NCBI GenBank assembly: GCA_951406725.2
Contig: OX597824.1
Location: forward strand, 86,614,001-86,678,000
Direction: 5' to 3'
DNA: 64,000 nucleotides
Source: Octopus vulgaris
Taxonomy: Eukaryota
Shown here: positions 52,497-63,613 of the stretch, one piece after another
How positions within the stretch are numbered: the first letter of the stretch is position 1
Layout of the letters: each line of letters opens with the position of its first letter
The notes under the pieces: model-generated
What the model saw: only the letters and a program-made list of their open reading frames with translations
Told to the model about the DNA's origin: nothing
Database searches by the model: none
Made by a program: the position numbers and the translations under genes

Positions 52497-52608
52497 CCCC
52501 AGTGCTCAACTGGTACTTATTTTATCAACCCCAAAAGGATGAGAGGCAAAGTTGACCTCGGCAGAATTTGAACTCAGAAAATGTAAAACTGGAGGAAATG
52601 CTGCTAAG

Positions 52609-52818
52609 CAAGTTGTCTGGTGCCAAACAAGTTGCCTGGTGCCAAACAAGTTGCCCGGTGCCAAACAAGTTGCCCGGTGCCAAACAAGTTGCCTGGTGCC
52701 AAAACAAGTTGCCTGGTGCCAAAACAAGTTGTCTGGTGCCAAACAAGTTGCCTGATGCCAAACAAGTTGCCTGGTGCCAAACAAGTTGCCTGGTGCCAAA
52801 CAAGTTGTCTGGTGCCAA
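52609..52818. repeat. 19-bp minisatellite (CAAGTTGCCTGGTGCCAAA), about 11 copies, inside a SINE head
   Basis: Seen directly; flanked by family A head sequence on both sides. Confidence 0.92.
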
Positions 52819-53103
52819 TTCTGCCAAACCCAGCAGCGTGAAAAATGGTGAAGGTAATTTATGATAATCCAATTAAACAGTTGGGTTTTAATGTCTTAAA
52901 GTTGAAATAATGGAATATAGCAGGAAATAATTGAATAATTACATAAAAATAATAATTTTGAACAAGGAATGGAGTTCTGTCTGCTATAAATATTTAATTT
53001 CACAGCTTCATCTTAGCATCAGTTCGGTCCTCCCGTCCACTGAATGTAAAAATATAAAAGAAAATTTTTTGCACTGCTTTACAGATTTCAGCCATCTTGC
53101 AGT

Positions 53104-53119
53104 ATGTGTGGGTGTGTTC

Positions 53120-53165
<46 letters not shown>

Positions 53166-53177
53166 ATGGATGTATAT

Positions 53178-53215
<38 letters not shown>

Positions 53216-53319
53216 ATGTACAAATATATATATATATATATGTATGTATATGTACAAATATATATATATATATATGTATGTATATGTACAAATATATATA
53301 TATATATGTATGTATATGT

Positions 53320-53361
<42 letters not shown>

Positions 53362-53369
53362 ATGTACAA

Positions 53370-53401
<32 letters not shown>

Positions 53402-53408
53402 ATGTACA

Positions 53409-53441
<33 letters not shown>

Positions 53442-53481
53442 ATGTACAAATATATATATATATGTATGTATGTATATGTAC

Positions 53482-53517
<36 letters not shown>

Positions 53518-53559
53518 ATGTACAAATATATATATATATGTATGTATGTATGTATATGT

Positions 53560-53599
<40 letters not shown>

Positions 53600-53601
53600 A
53601 C

Positions 53602-53643
<42 letters not shown>

Positions 53644-53734
53644 GTACAAATATATATATATATATATATATATGTATTTACATGCACAAATATATATATA
53701 TATACATACATATATATGCATATGTATATATATA

Positions 53735-53775
<41 letters not shown>

Positions 53776-53822
53776 GTGTATGCATGTACATATGTATATG
53801 TGTGTGTATGTGTGTGTGTGTG
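53104..53822. repeat. Compound microsatellite with unit TGTATATGTACAAA(TA)n
   Basis: Seen directly. Confidence 0.97.
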
Positions 53823-54065
53823 TTAGGAAATTGGTAGACTGAAACAGTAGGTCTTTTTTTTTCTTCTTCAATGTAATATAATTCAAGAAAGGAAATAAAT
53901 GTCAATACAGAAAGATAAGAAAAACAGAAGGAAGAAAGGGAAAAATTAAGAAAATAGGAAAGAATACTTACAAAAATAAATTATGAAAAAAAAAAAAAAA
54001 AATTTCATTTCATAATCTTCAACATATACTGAGATGTGTTGAAAGGAAGATGTGAAAGCCATTTC

Positions 54066-54206
54066 CTATGCATGGCATGAACACGAAGATATGTCTGCCC
54101 TAAATTCCCATTCGTTGCCCCAAAAACCAGTGCAAAGAAATCCACCAGGGCCTTTCAGAGGAAACGAAGGACCCGTTATCACAAAATCAGGGATGAGATT
54201 AGAAAA
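54066..54206 (-). CDS. Terminal coding exon of uncharacterised hydrolase-like gene (FSNLIPDFVITGPSFPLKGPGGFLCTGFWGNEWEFRADISSCSCHA*)
   Basis: Strong poly-T tttcag acceptor, TAG at 54066-54068. The C-terminal PDFVI.G....KG.GG....GFW...W motif resembles the 'secreted protein ARB_06907-like' S9/alpha-beta hydrolase family (from memory, not searched). Confidence 0.88.
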   Translation of the reverse strand, partial: FSNLIPDFVITGPSFPLKGPGGFLCTGFWGNEWEFRADISSCSCHA

Positions 54207-54716
54207 CTGAAATAGAAAGAAAAAAAAAAAAGACAATGAAACTTATCAAAAATAATTTTTAAGGATATATTTTTTAAAAAAAAGACATGCACAAAGTCAC
54301 TTTCTCCAATTCCCTGTCCCTTCTCAAAGGATCTTTGTCTTGAAATTATTTACATCAAAAAGGCGCTTTTTTTCTATGAAAATCCCTATTTTTTAATTTT
54401 TTTACTGTTGTGTCACCATTTTTCAGTGTATTTCAACCAGAAAAATGTTCACTTAAAGAGAATAACAAGCTACATAATGCAAAATTTTTACTTCTCAAAA
54501 ATTCTAATTCAAAAGGGTCGAAAAGAAAACAAGCCTGAGCAACGCTGGGCGATACTGCTAGTATCAGATAAGATTATGACATCAAGAACACTCACTAGAA
54601 CTGGTAAACCAGTGGTGGTTGGCATTAGCAGGAATTAGATCGGAAATAAATAAAAAAACAGTAAAGAGGTATTCGCAGTCATGCTATTGGGATCAAGAAT
54701 AAAACAACAGACTTAC

Positions 54717-54892
54717 AGGAGACCTACACATTGGTGGTATAGTAGGCGTTGCCAGAGAAACAATATCAAGTAATCCTTCAAAAGACTGACCAATCAATAA
54801 CAACGCCAAGTTGTCTAATCCATTTGGTACCAAAGACAAGATTCCTGAACGTGAATACTTGAATTTGCATTTCTCCAAAATAATTTTATTAT
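54717..54892 (-). CDS. Hydrolase-like gene exon (DNKIILEKCKF...LATPTIPPMCRSP)
   Basis: ctacag acceptor, gtaagt donor, phase 1 to 0 joins both neighbours in frame. Confidence 0.9.
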
Positions 54893-55109
54893 CTGTAGAA
54901 TAAGAGAAAACAAGGTGAAAATGGCAGCAGTATACATTTGCATGTTCTTTTAAAATTATGGTAATGACCCAATGAATATAATCATGAATACAAGAAGCTG
55001 AAATGGGGTTCCTGCAAAGGGATGGCCATCTGTGGATGAGGGAGTCTCTCCAGGTGAAGCTGCTATTTCTTTGCATTGAGTGATCACAGCTTGAGTATTA
55101 CAGAAATGT

Positions 55110-55360
55110 AATTAGAATGTCTGCAAGAAGAATCACGAGATGGATTCTTCAAGCTAGGCCAACTGGTTAGAGACTTTGGTGTAGACCACGAATGAAATGG
55201 TTGGATAATATCCGTAGACTCAGTTAGACAGTGTGTGGGAATCCAGCAGAAAGTCTAACAACTGTTGCTTCTGGTAGGACCCTATGGGGTGGAGGGGGTG
55301 CCTGAGGACTTTATCCCCACAAGCCTTCCAGGAATAGTGGATGGAGAAAACGGATGGAAA
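55110..55360 (+). mobile_element. Decayed RTE 3' fragment
   Basis: RMSARRITRWILQARPTG*RLWCRPRMKWLDNI motif with stops. Confidence 0.6.
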
Positions 55361-55633
55361 GAGTGGCTCTGTACAACCTATACAAGGCCTTCCTGGGACA
55401 CATGCCTGAGCAAGTTTATATGTGTAAATGTGTCAGTTAATATGCTGAAGATCAATAATCTCCTCATATGATAATGAGCGTAGTGTCTTTATATATTTGT
55501 ATATGTGTATATATATGTGTGTGTGTGTATATTTTAACATTGCAGGGTATGTGCGGCTGGTTTAGAAACAAAATAAGTAGAATATTTGGGCCTGATATGG
55601 CCTGTTTAAATTGTAATGAGTTATGCAGTATTA

Positions 55634-55691
55634 GCCCACCATGGGGCTTGAACCCACGACCCCGAGATTAAGAGTTTCGTACTCTACCAAC
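55634..55691 (-). pseudogene. 5'-truncated tRNA-Lys(CUU) pseudogene
   Basis: Minus strand GTTGGTAGAGTACGAAACTCTTAATCTCGGGGTCGTGGGTTCAAGCCCCATGGTGGGC matches eukaryotic tRNA-Lys-CTT from the D-loop on. The 5' acceptor strand is missing and there are several substitutions. Confidence 0.85.
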
Positions 55692-55730
55692 ACAACTGGT
55701 GATCCAAGAAAAAATATGAAATATCATTAC

Positions 55731-55817
55731 CTTCAATGTTTATAGGTATTTTTTTAAGAAATTCAGATGTTAAGCTGTTCTCTTTAGGGCCACCTATGAT
55801 TATGAGGTTTCTTTTCT
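55731..55817 (-). CDS. Hydrolase-like gene exon (KKRNLIIIGGPKENSLTSEFLKKIPINIE)
   Basis: tttcag / gtaatg boundaries, phase 1/1, NLIIIGGPxxN motif. Confidence 0.88.
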
Positions 55818-55839
55818 CTGAAATGAATATATAGCATTA

Positions 55840-56266
55840 TTAAATCTCAGAACGAGATGTAAACAGTAATCGCTCGACAATGTAAAGTATAAAAGCCATC
55901 TCAATATGGCTAACCACAAAGGGGGTCTTTTTAGCCCCAGGAGATCATCGTCTCCAGCTGGCTTTAGACACAATTTCTGTGCCCTTAAAGTATTTGCAAA
56001 GGGAGGCCATCCCTTTCTCGTAAGCCTGAGTGATACGCACCGGACCGGTTTCGAGATTATTGTCTCTTATCAACGGGCGGTAACCACCAGGTCACAATGA
56101 AAGACAAGGCCTGCTTTGCAAACATATAAGAGTTTTTCTAGTGACGTCAGCCACTGATTTCGAAAAACTGAAACTCAGAACGAGATGTAAACAGTAATCG
56201 CTCGACAATGTAAAGTAACACCCTCTTTGTGGTTAGCCATATTGAGATGGCTTTTATACTTTACAT
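55840..56266 (-). mobile_element. Non-autonomous Penelope pLTR / retrozyme-like element
   Basis: 44-bp direct repeat (55846-55889 = 56174-56217). 48-bp inverted tail (56221-56268 vs 55878-55925, 1 mismatch). 16-bp flanking duplication TGAATATATAGCATTA (55824-55839, 56267-56282). Internal hammerhead. Confidence 0.8.
56036..56079 (-). ncRNA. Minimal type I hammerhead ribozyme, U3-A8 core variant
   Basis: Minus strand reads cgcccg UUGAUAA gaga caauaa ucuc GAAA ccgg UC cggugcg: stem II 4 bp, palindromic stem III (ACCGGU), GUC site. Confidence 0.75.
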
Positions 56267-57655
56267 TGAATATATAGCATTAATAAGATAAGATTACTCA
56301 TAATATACACAACGTCTTTAGTCAACGGCAGTTTAAATAAAAATTAAATTTGATTTGTAAATTGTATCTATCATTCCTTCATATATAAACCGGATTCTTC
56401 TAAAATACAATACATCTATCCTCAGTTATCAAGAGGATTTGGTTGTGAAAAACACCACAGTAATAAATTGATCAGTGATAAATGAATCATCTCCCACACC
56501 CTTTCTAAATGGAACAAATGGTAGATTCAGTGATACCAACCCTGTGGCCCACAGCAGTGAAGCTTCCGTTGTTATGTACTTTTTTTTTCCTTGATCTTAA
56601 TTTTTCCTGTTGAAAATGCATTCAGCTACATGGTTTCAGGTTCAGTCCCACTGCGTGGAACTTTGGGTAGGTGTCTTCTACTATAGCCCCGAGCCAACCG
56701 AAGCTTTGTAATTGAATTCGGTAGATGGAAGTTACTGCCGTGTGTGTATGTGTGCGTATAGCTGCTCAGTGCCTCTCCGAAAGAGAGAGAGGGTACACTT
56801 GGCATCCGTGCTAGCAGGGTGCAAAGAGCACCATACGAGTGTGAACGTTGACAAGGCACCATTCGAATGTGATCGTTACCAGCGTCGCCTTACTGGCACT
56901 TGTGCCCGTGCTAGTAGGGTGCCAAGAGGACCATCCGAGTGTGATCGTTGTCAGAGCAGCCAACTGGCTTCCGTGCCGGTGGCATGTAAAAGGGCACCAT
57001 TCGAGCATGATCATTACCATGTTAGCATCGGTTCGATGGTTCGACCAGGGTCTGGGAAGCCAGGAGGCTGCACCAGGCTCCAGTCTGATCTGGCAGTGTT
57101 TTTACAGCTGGATGCCCTTCCTAACGCCAACCACTCCGTAAGCGTAGTGGGTGCCTTTTATGTGCCACCGGCACAGGTGTCAGGCAAGGCTGGCAACGGC
57201 CACGATTGGTTGGTGCTTTTTACGTGCCACCGGCAAAGAGGCCAGACGAGGCGGCACTGGCAACGGCCACGTTTGGATGGGGCTTTTTACGTGCCACCGG
57301 CACTGGTATCACAACTACAATTTCCATTGATTTTCTTTCTGATCGATTTCGATTCCCTCAACAGGTCTTCGCAAGCAGAGTTTTGTGTCCCAAGGAGGAA
57401 AATGACTATTGAATTGTACTCTGCTTGTGAACTTCTTCTTCGTGTTCCAAATCCTTGAAACTACAAAAATAATTATAATGGGAGAAGGTGATATTCCACA
57501 GGTATCAGGTGAAATGCTGCTAAGCATTTTGCCTAGTGTACTAATGATTCTGAGAGTTCATTGCCTTAACTCAGGTAAATATTAAAAAAACATTTAAAAC
57601 AGACTGTAGGAGAAAGATAACATATTTTGATTGGGATTGAACCAGCTTAACTTAC

Positions 57656-57787
57656 TTAGTTTTTCTAGTGGTACCTCAGTATCTTTAACAATGGCTGCTG
57701 AGGTATCTGATGAAAGCCAGAAGTGGTTGGAAATATATACAGCGAGTTGTAGTAGTATTTGGTTAGTAACTACAGAACCTAAAGTAC
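57656..57787 (-). CDS. Hydrolase-like gene exon (GTLGSVVTNQILLQLAVYISNHFWLSSDTSAAIVKDTEVPLEKL)
   Basis: tttcag / gtaagt boundaries, 132 nt, phase 1/1, open frame. Confidence 0.88.
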
Positions 57788-58084
57788 CTGAAAGTAAAAC
57801 ATATTAAATTGAAATGTGTCTGAAATGGGATTTTTAATTAATCGTTTTTAAATTTTTTAATCAGGAATAAAAACAGATTAAACCCTTTCATGGCCATATT
57901 TCTGTTGACATGCAATGCTTTTGTATCAATTAATTTTGGAAATAACGAGGAATTTAACTGGTGTTAGGAACATAAATTAATATGAAATTCTGATAGAAAG
58001 TTTAATTTAAAGATCAAGGAAGAACTTGCGAAAACTGAAAATAAAAACTACATTGATATGAAAGTAAGAAAATCTAAGACATAC

Positions 58085-58186
58085 CGGTTACTATCAAGAA
58101 GGGTTTTTCAGCCACACGTCTTGCAGGCCCATAATTACGATAGTCTCGGCTGGTTTCCCTGTTTTCAGTACATATAGACCATTCAC
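58085..58186 (-). CDS. Hydrolase-like gene exon (GEWSICTENRETSRDYRNYGPARRVAEKPFLIVT)
   Basis: ttgaag acceptor, gtatgt donor, phase 1/1, YGPARRV...PFLIV.GT motif. Confidence 0.86.
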
Positions 58187-58276
58187 CTTCAATGACAACA
58201 ATATAAATAACAAAAATTATAATAAGCTTTGATTATTTTTTTGGTGGGAAACAAAACTGAAGGAAAAAAAAAACTC

Positions 58277-58322
<46 letters not shown>

Positions 58323-58374
58323 TAATAATGAAAAAATAATGATGATGATGATGATAAAAATAATAATAATAGCA

Positions 58375-58908
58375 GTGGCTCTCATGGCTTCTGATCTTAA
58401 CTGATTGGAAGTGTTATCATGTACATTGTTTTGTCTTGATATAAAAGATGGGCTACAGCAAATATTCTGCTCAATACCACAGATTTGCTTGTCAGTTGTT
58501 TGACCTTAACCAGTTGAGCATGTCCCTTAGTGGCTGACGATATGTGCATCTCTGATCACGAGCAGAAGTAGTGGGGGAGCATCACAGCCATATGTTGAGA
58601 GGAATTCTTTGGGGTTTGGATAATTCACCTCTGGAAACATGGGTATTTCGTTCAACATCCTTAAACAACCCTTATTCAGGGACCTTTTGAGCGGGATCGG
58701 TTACTCAACCAGAAGAAAATTCTAACTGGGCCCCACCTGCAAGGTCATGTGCTGTTTATCTTGATATAAGATCACCATGTCGCGCACATATGGTTGTGAT
58801 GCTTGCGCCTGGTGTACCCTTATCAGACAGGTAGTCATGATGGGTATACTGGGCTTCATATATTTTACCCCAGTGTCACTTTGATGGCATGAACTGCTCT
58901 CTCACTCA
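58375..58908 (-). mobile_element. Repeat fragment embedded in an (AAT)n tract, possibly the 5' part of a microsatellite-targeted non-LTR element
   Basis: Higher-GC block bounded by (AAT)n on both sides, with hairpins at the minus-strand 5' end. Confidence 0.4.
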
Positions 58909-59789
58909 ATAATAATAATCTTACTATAGGCACAAGACCTGAAATTTTGAGGGAGTGGAGTAGTCAATTACATTTGACCCTTAACCCCCAGTACAATAAT
59001 AATAATAATAATAATGGTTTCAAACCCGGAACCATGTGGTTGGTAAGCAAGCTACTTACCACACAGCCCCACATGTTATTTAAGTTAAGTTAATTTTTTG
59101 GCTCAAAAAGCAAAAAGCAAGGCCATGTAGGGGGGACATGGAGTTATGTACAGGGTGGTGTTCATGCAAAGAGTTATTTGGGTCAAGCCAGTCTCTGAGT
59201 TTCACCTGTATATTTACAGGACCTTCAGTCACAACTAGTCTGATGATTCTATGCATCTACAGGTGAAATTCAAACAAACAAAAGACGGACTCAACCAAAA
59301 TAAAATACTAATTTCTATCATGCTGTGGGGAACTCCTTTTTATTTCAGTCAGCCCACACTAAATGTGTGTGTGTGTGTATATGTATGTGTGTGTGAATAC
59401 ATATACAGCAGAACCTTACAGTACGAGTGCACTATTGTATGAGTAATTTGCAGTACGAGCCGAGACTTGTACTCTCTTGTACTCTTTTACTTGTTTCAGT
59501 GTTTTGACTGTGGCCATGCAGGAGCACCGCCTTTTAGTCGTGCAAATCGACCCCAGGACTTATTCTGAGTAAGCCTAGTACTTATTCTATCGGTCTCTTT
59601 TGCTGAACTGCTAGGTTATGGGGACATAAACACACCAGCATCGGTTGTCAAGTGAAGTTGGGGAGGGGGGGACAAACAGACACAAACACACATACTGAAC
59701 CCAAAACTATGTGGTTGGGAAGCTAACTTCTTAACCACTCAGTCATGTCTGCATCTTATTTTAAGCAAATTTATGAATAGTTATAATAT

Positions 59790-60030
59790 AATAATAATAA
59801 TAATGAAATTATTGTATACAGTGCTCAGGTGCACCACAACTTGTCAAAAGTGCGTATAAAACATATGCAGTAATGTACAAATGTCTGGAAAGCGAACAAT
59901 GCATGAGTCAGGTACATGCTTGTGTGTGTATGGAGGGGAGAAAATCAGGTGTAGTGTTGGTGAATCTCAGGAAGCATGGAAGTTTTGAAGGATGCAGTGC
60001 TCCGACAACAAACAACTGATGCCGGCAGTT
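59790..60030 (-). mobile_element. CR1/L2-type LINE 3' end
   Basis: Minus strand LPASVVCCRSTASFKTSML..* followed by a UTR and an (ATT)n tail. Confidence 0.65.
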
Positions 60031-60094
60031 GCATAAAAAAAAACCCACTCCCAAATAAACATAAAATGAACCATGAGAAATAAGTGAAGTTAAC

Positions 60095-60179
60095 CTTCAG
60101 CTCTGCACAGGTGTTCTTTATCAGGTGTGTTCATCATAGTGTGCACAGAGGTTGGAGGAACAGTGAAGTCAGCATCAAC
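60095..60179 (-). CDS. Hydrolase-like gene exon (VDADFTVPPTSVHTMMNTPDKEHLCRAE)
   Basis: tttcag / gttaac boundaries. Phase 0 to 1 is needed to bridge the adjacent exons. Confidence 0.8.
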
Positions 60180-60596
60180 CTGAAACATAAATAAACAAAA
60201 CATAAAAATAAACAAAAATGAAATCCAGTGAGACACACAAACACACATACATATATATATATATATCAAGTGAACACGTGACCGACCAGACCATCAGATG
60301 TTGCTACATATCGCTGGTCACAATACGTTTGTATTGTTTTAGCCTTCACTGGCTAAGCGAGCAGGCCAACAGACAAAAGAGTGAGAGAAAGAGTGGTGAA
60401 AGAATACAGCAGGGATCACCACCCCCTGCCAGAGCCTCGTGGAGCTTTTAGGTGTTTTCGCTCAATAAACACACACAACGCCCGGTCCGGGAATCGAAAC
60501 CGCAATCCTACGACCGCGAGTCTGCTGCACTAACCACTGGGCCATCGGGCCTCCACATATACATACGCATATATAAAGTACCATAACCATACTTAC

Positions 60597-60704
60597 AACA
60601 ACATTAACCGATGTCCAGTTTATTGCTCGATTCAAACTTTTTACAAGCTGGAATTTAGCAACATTCGATGTTTGCAGTTGAACAGAGTCTCCAGTTTGAT
60701 GGAT
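60597..60704 (-). CDS. Hydrolase-like gene exon (IHQTGDSVQLQTSNVAKFQLVKSLNRAINWTSVNVV)
   Basis: ggacag / gtaagt boundaries, 108 nt, phase 0/0. Confidence 0.85.
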
Positions 60705-60798
60705 CTGTCCAATGACAAAGAAATATTGATTAAATTCAAGTTAGAAAATGAAAAACTGTAGCATTCAGAAAAAAAAAAAAATTTTTGTGAAATAAATC

Positions 60799-60935
60799 AT
60801 TATTAAACTGGTGGTTATATTAACACGAAATTAACATGAAATTATTAAACCGGTGGTTATATTAACATGAAATTATTAAACTGGTGGTTATATTAACATG
60901 AAATTATTAAACTGGTGGTTATATTAACATGAAAT
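60799..60935. repeat. About 31-bp tandem repeat, 4 copies (AAATTATTAAACTGGTGGTTATATTAACATG)
   Basis: Seen directly. Confidence 0.85.
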
Positions 60936-61441
60936 TTCAAAGGAAGGTTTTAATTTGGAACACTTTAAAACAAGAAGTTTGTATCACAGAACAAAGGGTG
61001 GTCACAGGTAGGTTGTCTTGAAAAGGATTAACTCATTTTCGATAGTGGGGTATTTTTCTGAGATCTTCATTATCATCGTCGTTTAGCGCCTGCTTTCCAT
61101 GCTAGCATGGGTTGGACGATTTGACTGAGGACTGGTGAACCGGATGGCTGCACCAGGCTCCAATCTTGATCTGACAAAGTTTCTACAGCTGGATGCCCTT
61201 TTACGTGTCACATGTATGGAAGCCAGTTGGCTGCTCTGGCAACGATCACGCTCGGATGGTGTTCTTGGCACCCTACTAGCACAGGCATAAGTGCCAGTAA
61301 GGCGATGCTGGTAACGATCTTACTTGAATAGCCTCTCTGTCAACGATCACACTCGTATGGTGCTCTTTGCACCCCGCTAGCACAGATGACAATGATTTTT
61401 ACTTTACAGACTTAAAGGGGTTAATATATTTGTTTACTTAC

Positions 61442-61712
61442 ATCTATGGTGGTTGTTCGGAAAGGTGTAATTTGTTGCAGGACACGAATACCATGGACAG
61501 ATTCTCCAAAAGCAGGGTTAAGTGTCACCAGAGTATGATGGCCATCAACTGGACGTTGAGAAGCAGTGATTGAATACTGGTTACTACTAGAACAATGCTC
61601 TTTGTCAACACTACAGCTTCCTGAGCTTTTACTGACCTCTGGAATGACCCCATGTTTCTGTGCAAATGACCTCAACTGTTGGTCATGCACAGCACCTCCA
61701 TCATTGACAGAC
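61442..61712 (-). CDS. Hydrolase-like gene exon (SVNDGGAVHDQQLRSF...LVTLNPAFGESVHGIRVLQQITPFRTTTID); upstream exons lie beyond the window
   Basis: ttgcag / gtaagt boundaries, 271 nt open frame, ends in phase 0. Confidence 0.88.
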
Positions 61713-62260
61713 CTGCAAAATGTTGAAGAAAAGGGCATGATTAATCCTTTAGCATTTAAACTGGACATATCTGACCAAAATATTCTACTTGTTTTAAGTT
61801 CAGACTAGACGTCTGAACTTAAAACAAGATATTTCTTTATTGCCCTCAAGGGGCTAAACATAGAGGGGACAGACAAGGACAGACAAAGAGATTAAGTTGA
61901 TTACATCGACCCCAGTATGTAACTGGTACTTAATTTATCGACCCCGAAAGGATGAAAGGCAAAGTCGACCTCGGCGGAATTTGAACTCAGAACGTAACGG
62001 CAAACGAAATACTGCAAAGTATTTCACCCGGCGCGCTAACGTTTCAGCCAGCTCGCCGCCTTAAGTTCAGACCAGACAGAGTTGGCCTCTCACACCTACC
62101 CTACAACATCGTTTTAAAAATACATAGCATGGAAAATGGACATTAAATGATGATGCTGATGAGAGAGTAGTTATATAACAAAAGTGGATGGTGACCTAAT
62201 GGTTAGGGTATTGAGATTACAATCATCAAGTTGTGGGTTCAAACCTTTGATCAAGCAATG

Positions 62261-62852
62261 TTGTTTGTTCCTTCTCGAGCCATGCCTGGCTCATAAGGCC
62301 CGGTTTCCTTGGCGTATAGGTTCCCCACCTGGACGGGATGCCGGTCCGTCGCAGGTGAGCTGCAAGATGCAGGAGGAAAGAGTGAGAGAAAGTCGTGGTG
62401 AAAGAGTCAGCAGAAGTTTCGCCATTACCTTCTGTCAGAGCCGAGTGGAGCTTAGGTGTTTCACTCATAAACACACACATCGCCCAGTCTGAAATTTGAA
62501 CCTACAATCCCTCAACCACGAGTCCGCTGCTCTAACCACTAGGCCATGTTGTTCCTTCTCAAGCCACACCTGGCTCTTAAGGGCCGGTTTCCCAGTTTCC
62601 TTGGCGTATAGGTTCCCCACCTGGATGGGACGCTGGTCCATCGCAGGTGAGCTGCAAGATGCAGGAGGAAAGAGTGAGAGAAAGTTGTGGCGAAAGAGTC
62701 AGCAGAGATTCGCCATTACCTTCTGCCGGAGCCACGTGGAGCTTAGGCGTTTCGCTCATAAACACACACATCACCCGGTCTGAGATTCGAACCCACGATC
62801 CCTCGACCGCGAGTCCGCTGCTCTAACCACTAGGCCATGTGCCTCGACATTC
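62261..62852 (-). mobile_element. Head-to-tail dimer of family D SINE
   Basis: Two full bodies inside a single 14-bp TSD TTGATCAAGCAATG (62247-62260, 62853-62866). Confidence 0.85.
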
Positions 62853-63185
62853 TTGATCAAGCAATGCATTATATCCTTGAACAAGGCACTTCATTTCACA
62901 CCGCTCCAGTACACTCAACTGAAAATGGGTTTCTGTAGCACACAGGGGTTAACTGTACAATGGACTGGCGTCCTTTTCAGGTGAAGTTGGTGGAGCAATT
63001 TGCATTTCATTCAAAAATATGGTTCTACATAAAAGAAAATTTTTTTAAATGCAAGTTCACTAACAGCTAGACACATGTCATTATTTGCTTCAGCAACACT
63101 TACTATGAAAGGAACTGAACTTCTCCAAACACTCTCACAATAATTTATGGTATGACTTCGTACTTTTGCATAGGATCTTCGCAAT

Positions 63186-63389
63186 TACTCTTTTACTTGT
63201 TTCAGTCAGTTGACTGTGGCCATGCTGGAGTACCGCCTTTAGTCGAGCAAATCAACCCCAGGACTTATTCTTTGGAAGCCTGGTACTTATTCTATCAGTC
63301 TCTTTTGCTGAACCGCTAAGTTACAGGGACGTAAGCACACCAGCATCAGTTGTCAAGTAATGTTGGGGGAGACAAACACAGACACACAA

Positions 63390-63447
<58 letters not shown>

Positions 63448-63613
63448 GTATACAACGGGCTTCTTTCAGTTTCTGTCTACCAAATCTACTCACAAGGTTT
63501 TGGTTGGCCTAAGGCTATAGAAGGCACTTGTCCAAGGTGTCACGCAGTGGGACTGAACCCAGAACCATGTGGTTGTTAAGCAAGGTACTTACCACACAGC
63601 CACTCCTGCGCCT
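63186..63613 (-). mobile_element. CORE-type tRNA SINE family C with internal (CA/TA)n and AAAGAGTA tail
   Basis: Head GGAGTGGCTGTGTGG..GGTTCAGTCCC followed by the CORE-like ACCTTGG(G/A)CAAGTG. Other copies at about 6515, 27590, 30170, 36050, 40680, 48660-49480 and 59470. Confidence 0.85.

Noticed and set aside
52609-52818. 19-bp array and its repetitive ORFs
   Set aside because: Slippage expansion inside a SINE head, with no spacers and no coding context.
56712-57458. 248-aa ORF
   Set aside because: It runs through two opposed family B repeats and a SINE fragment inside an intron.
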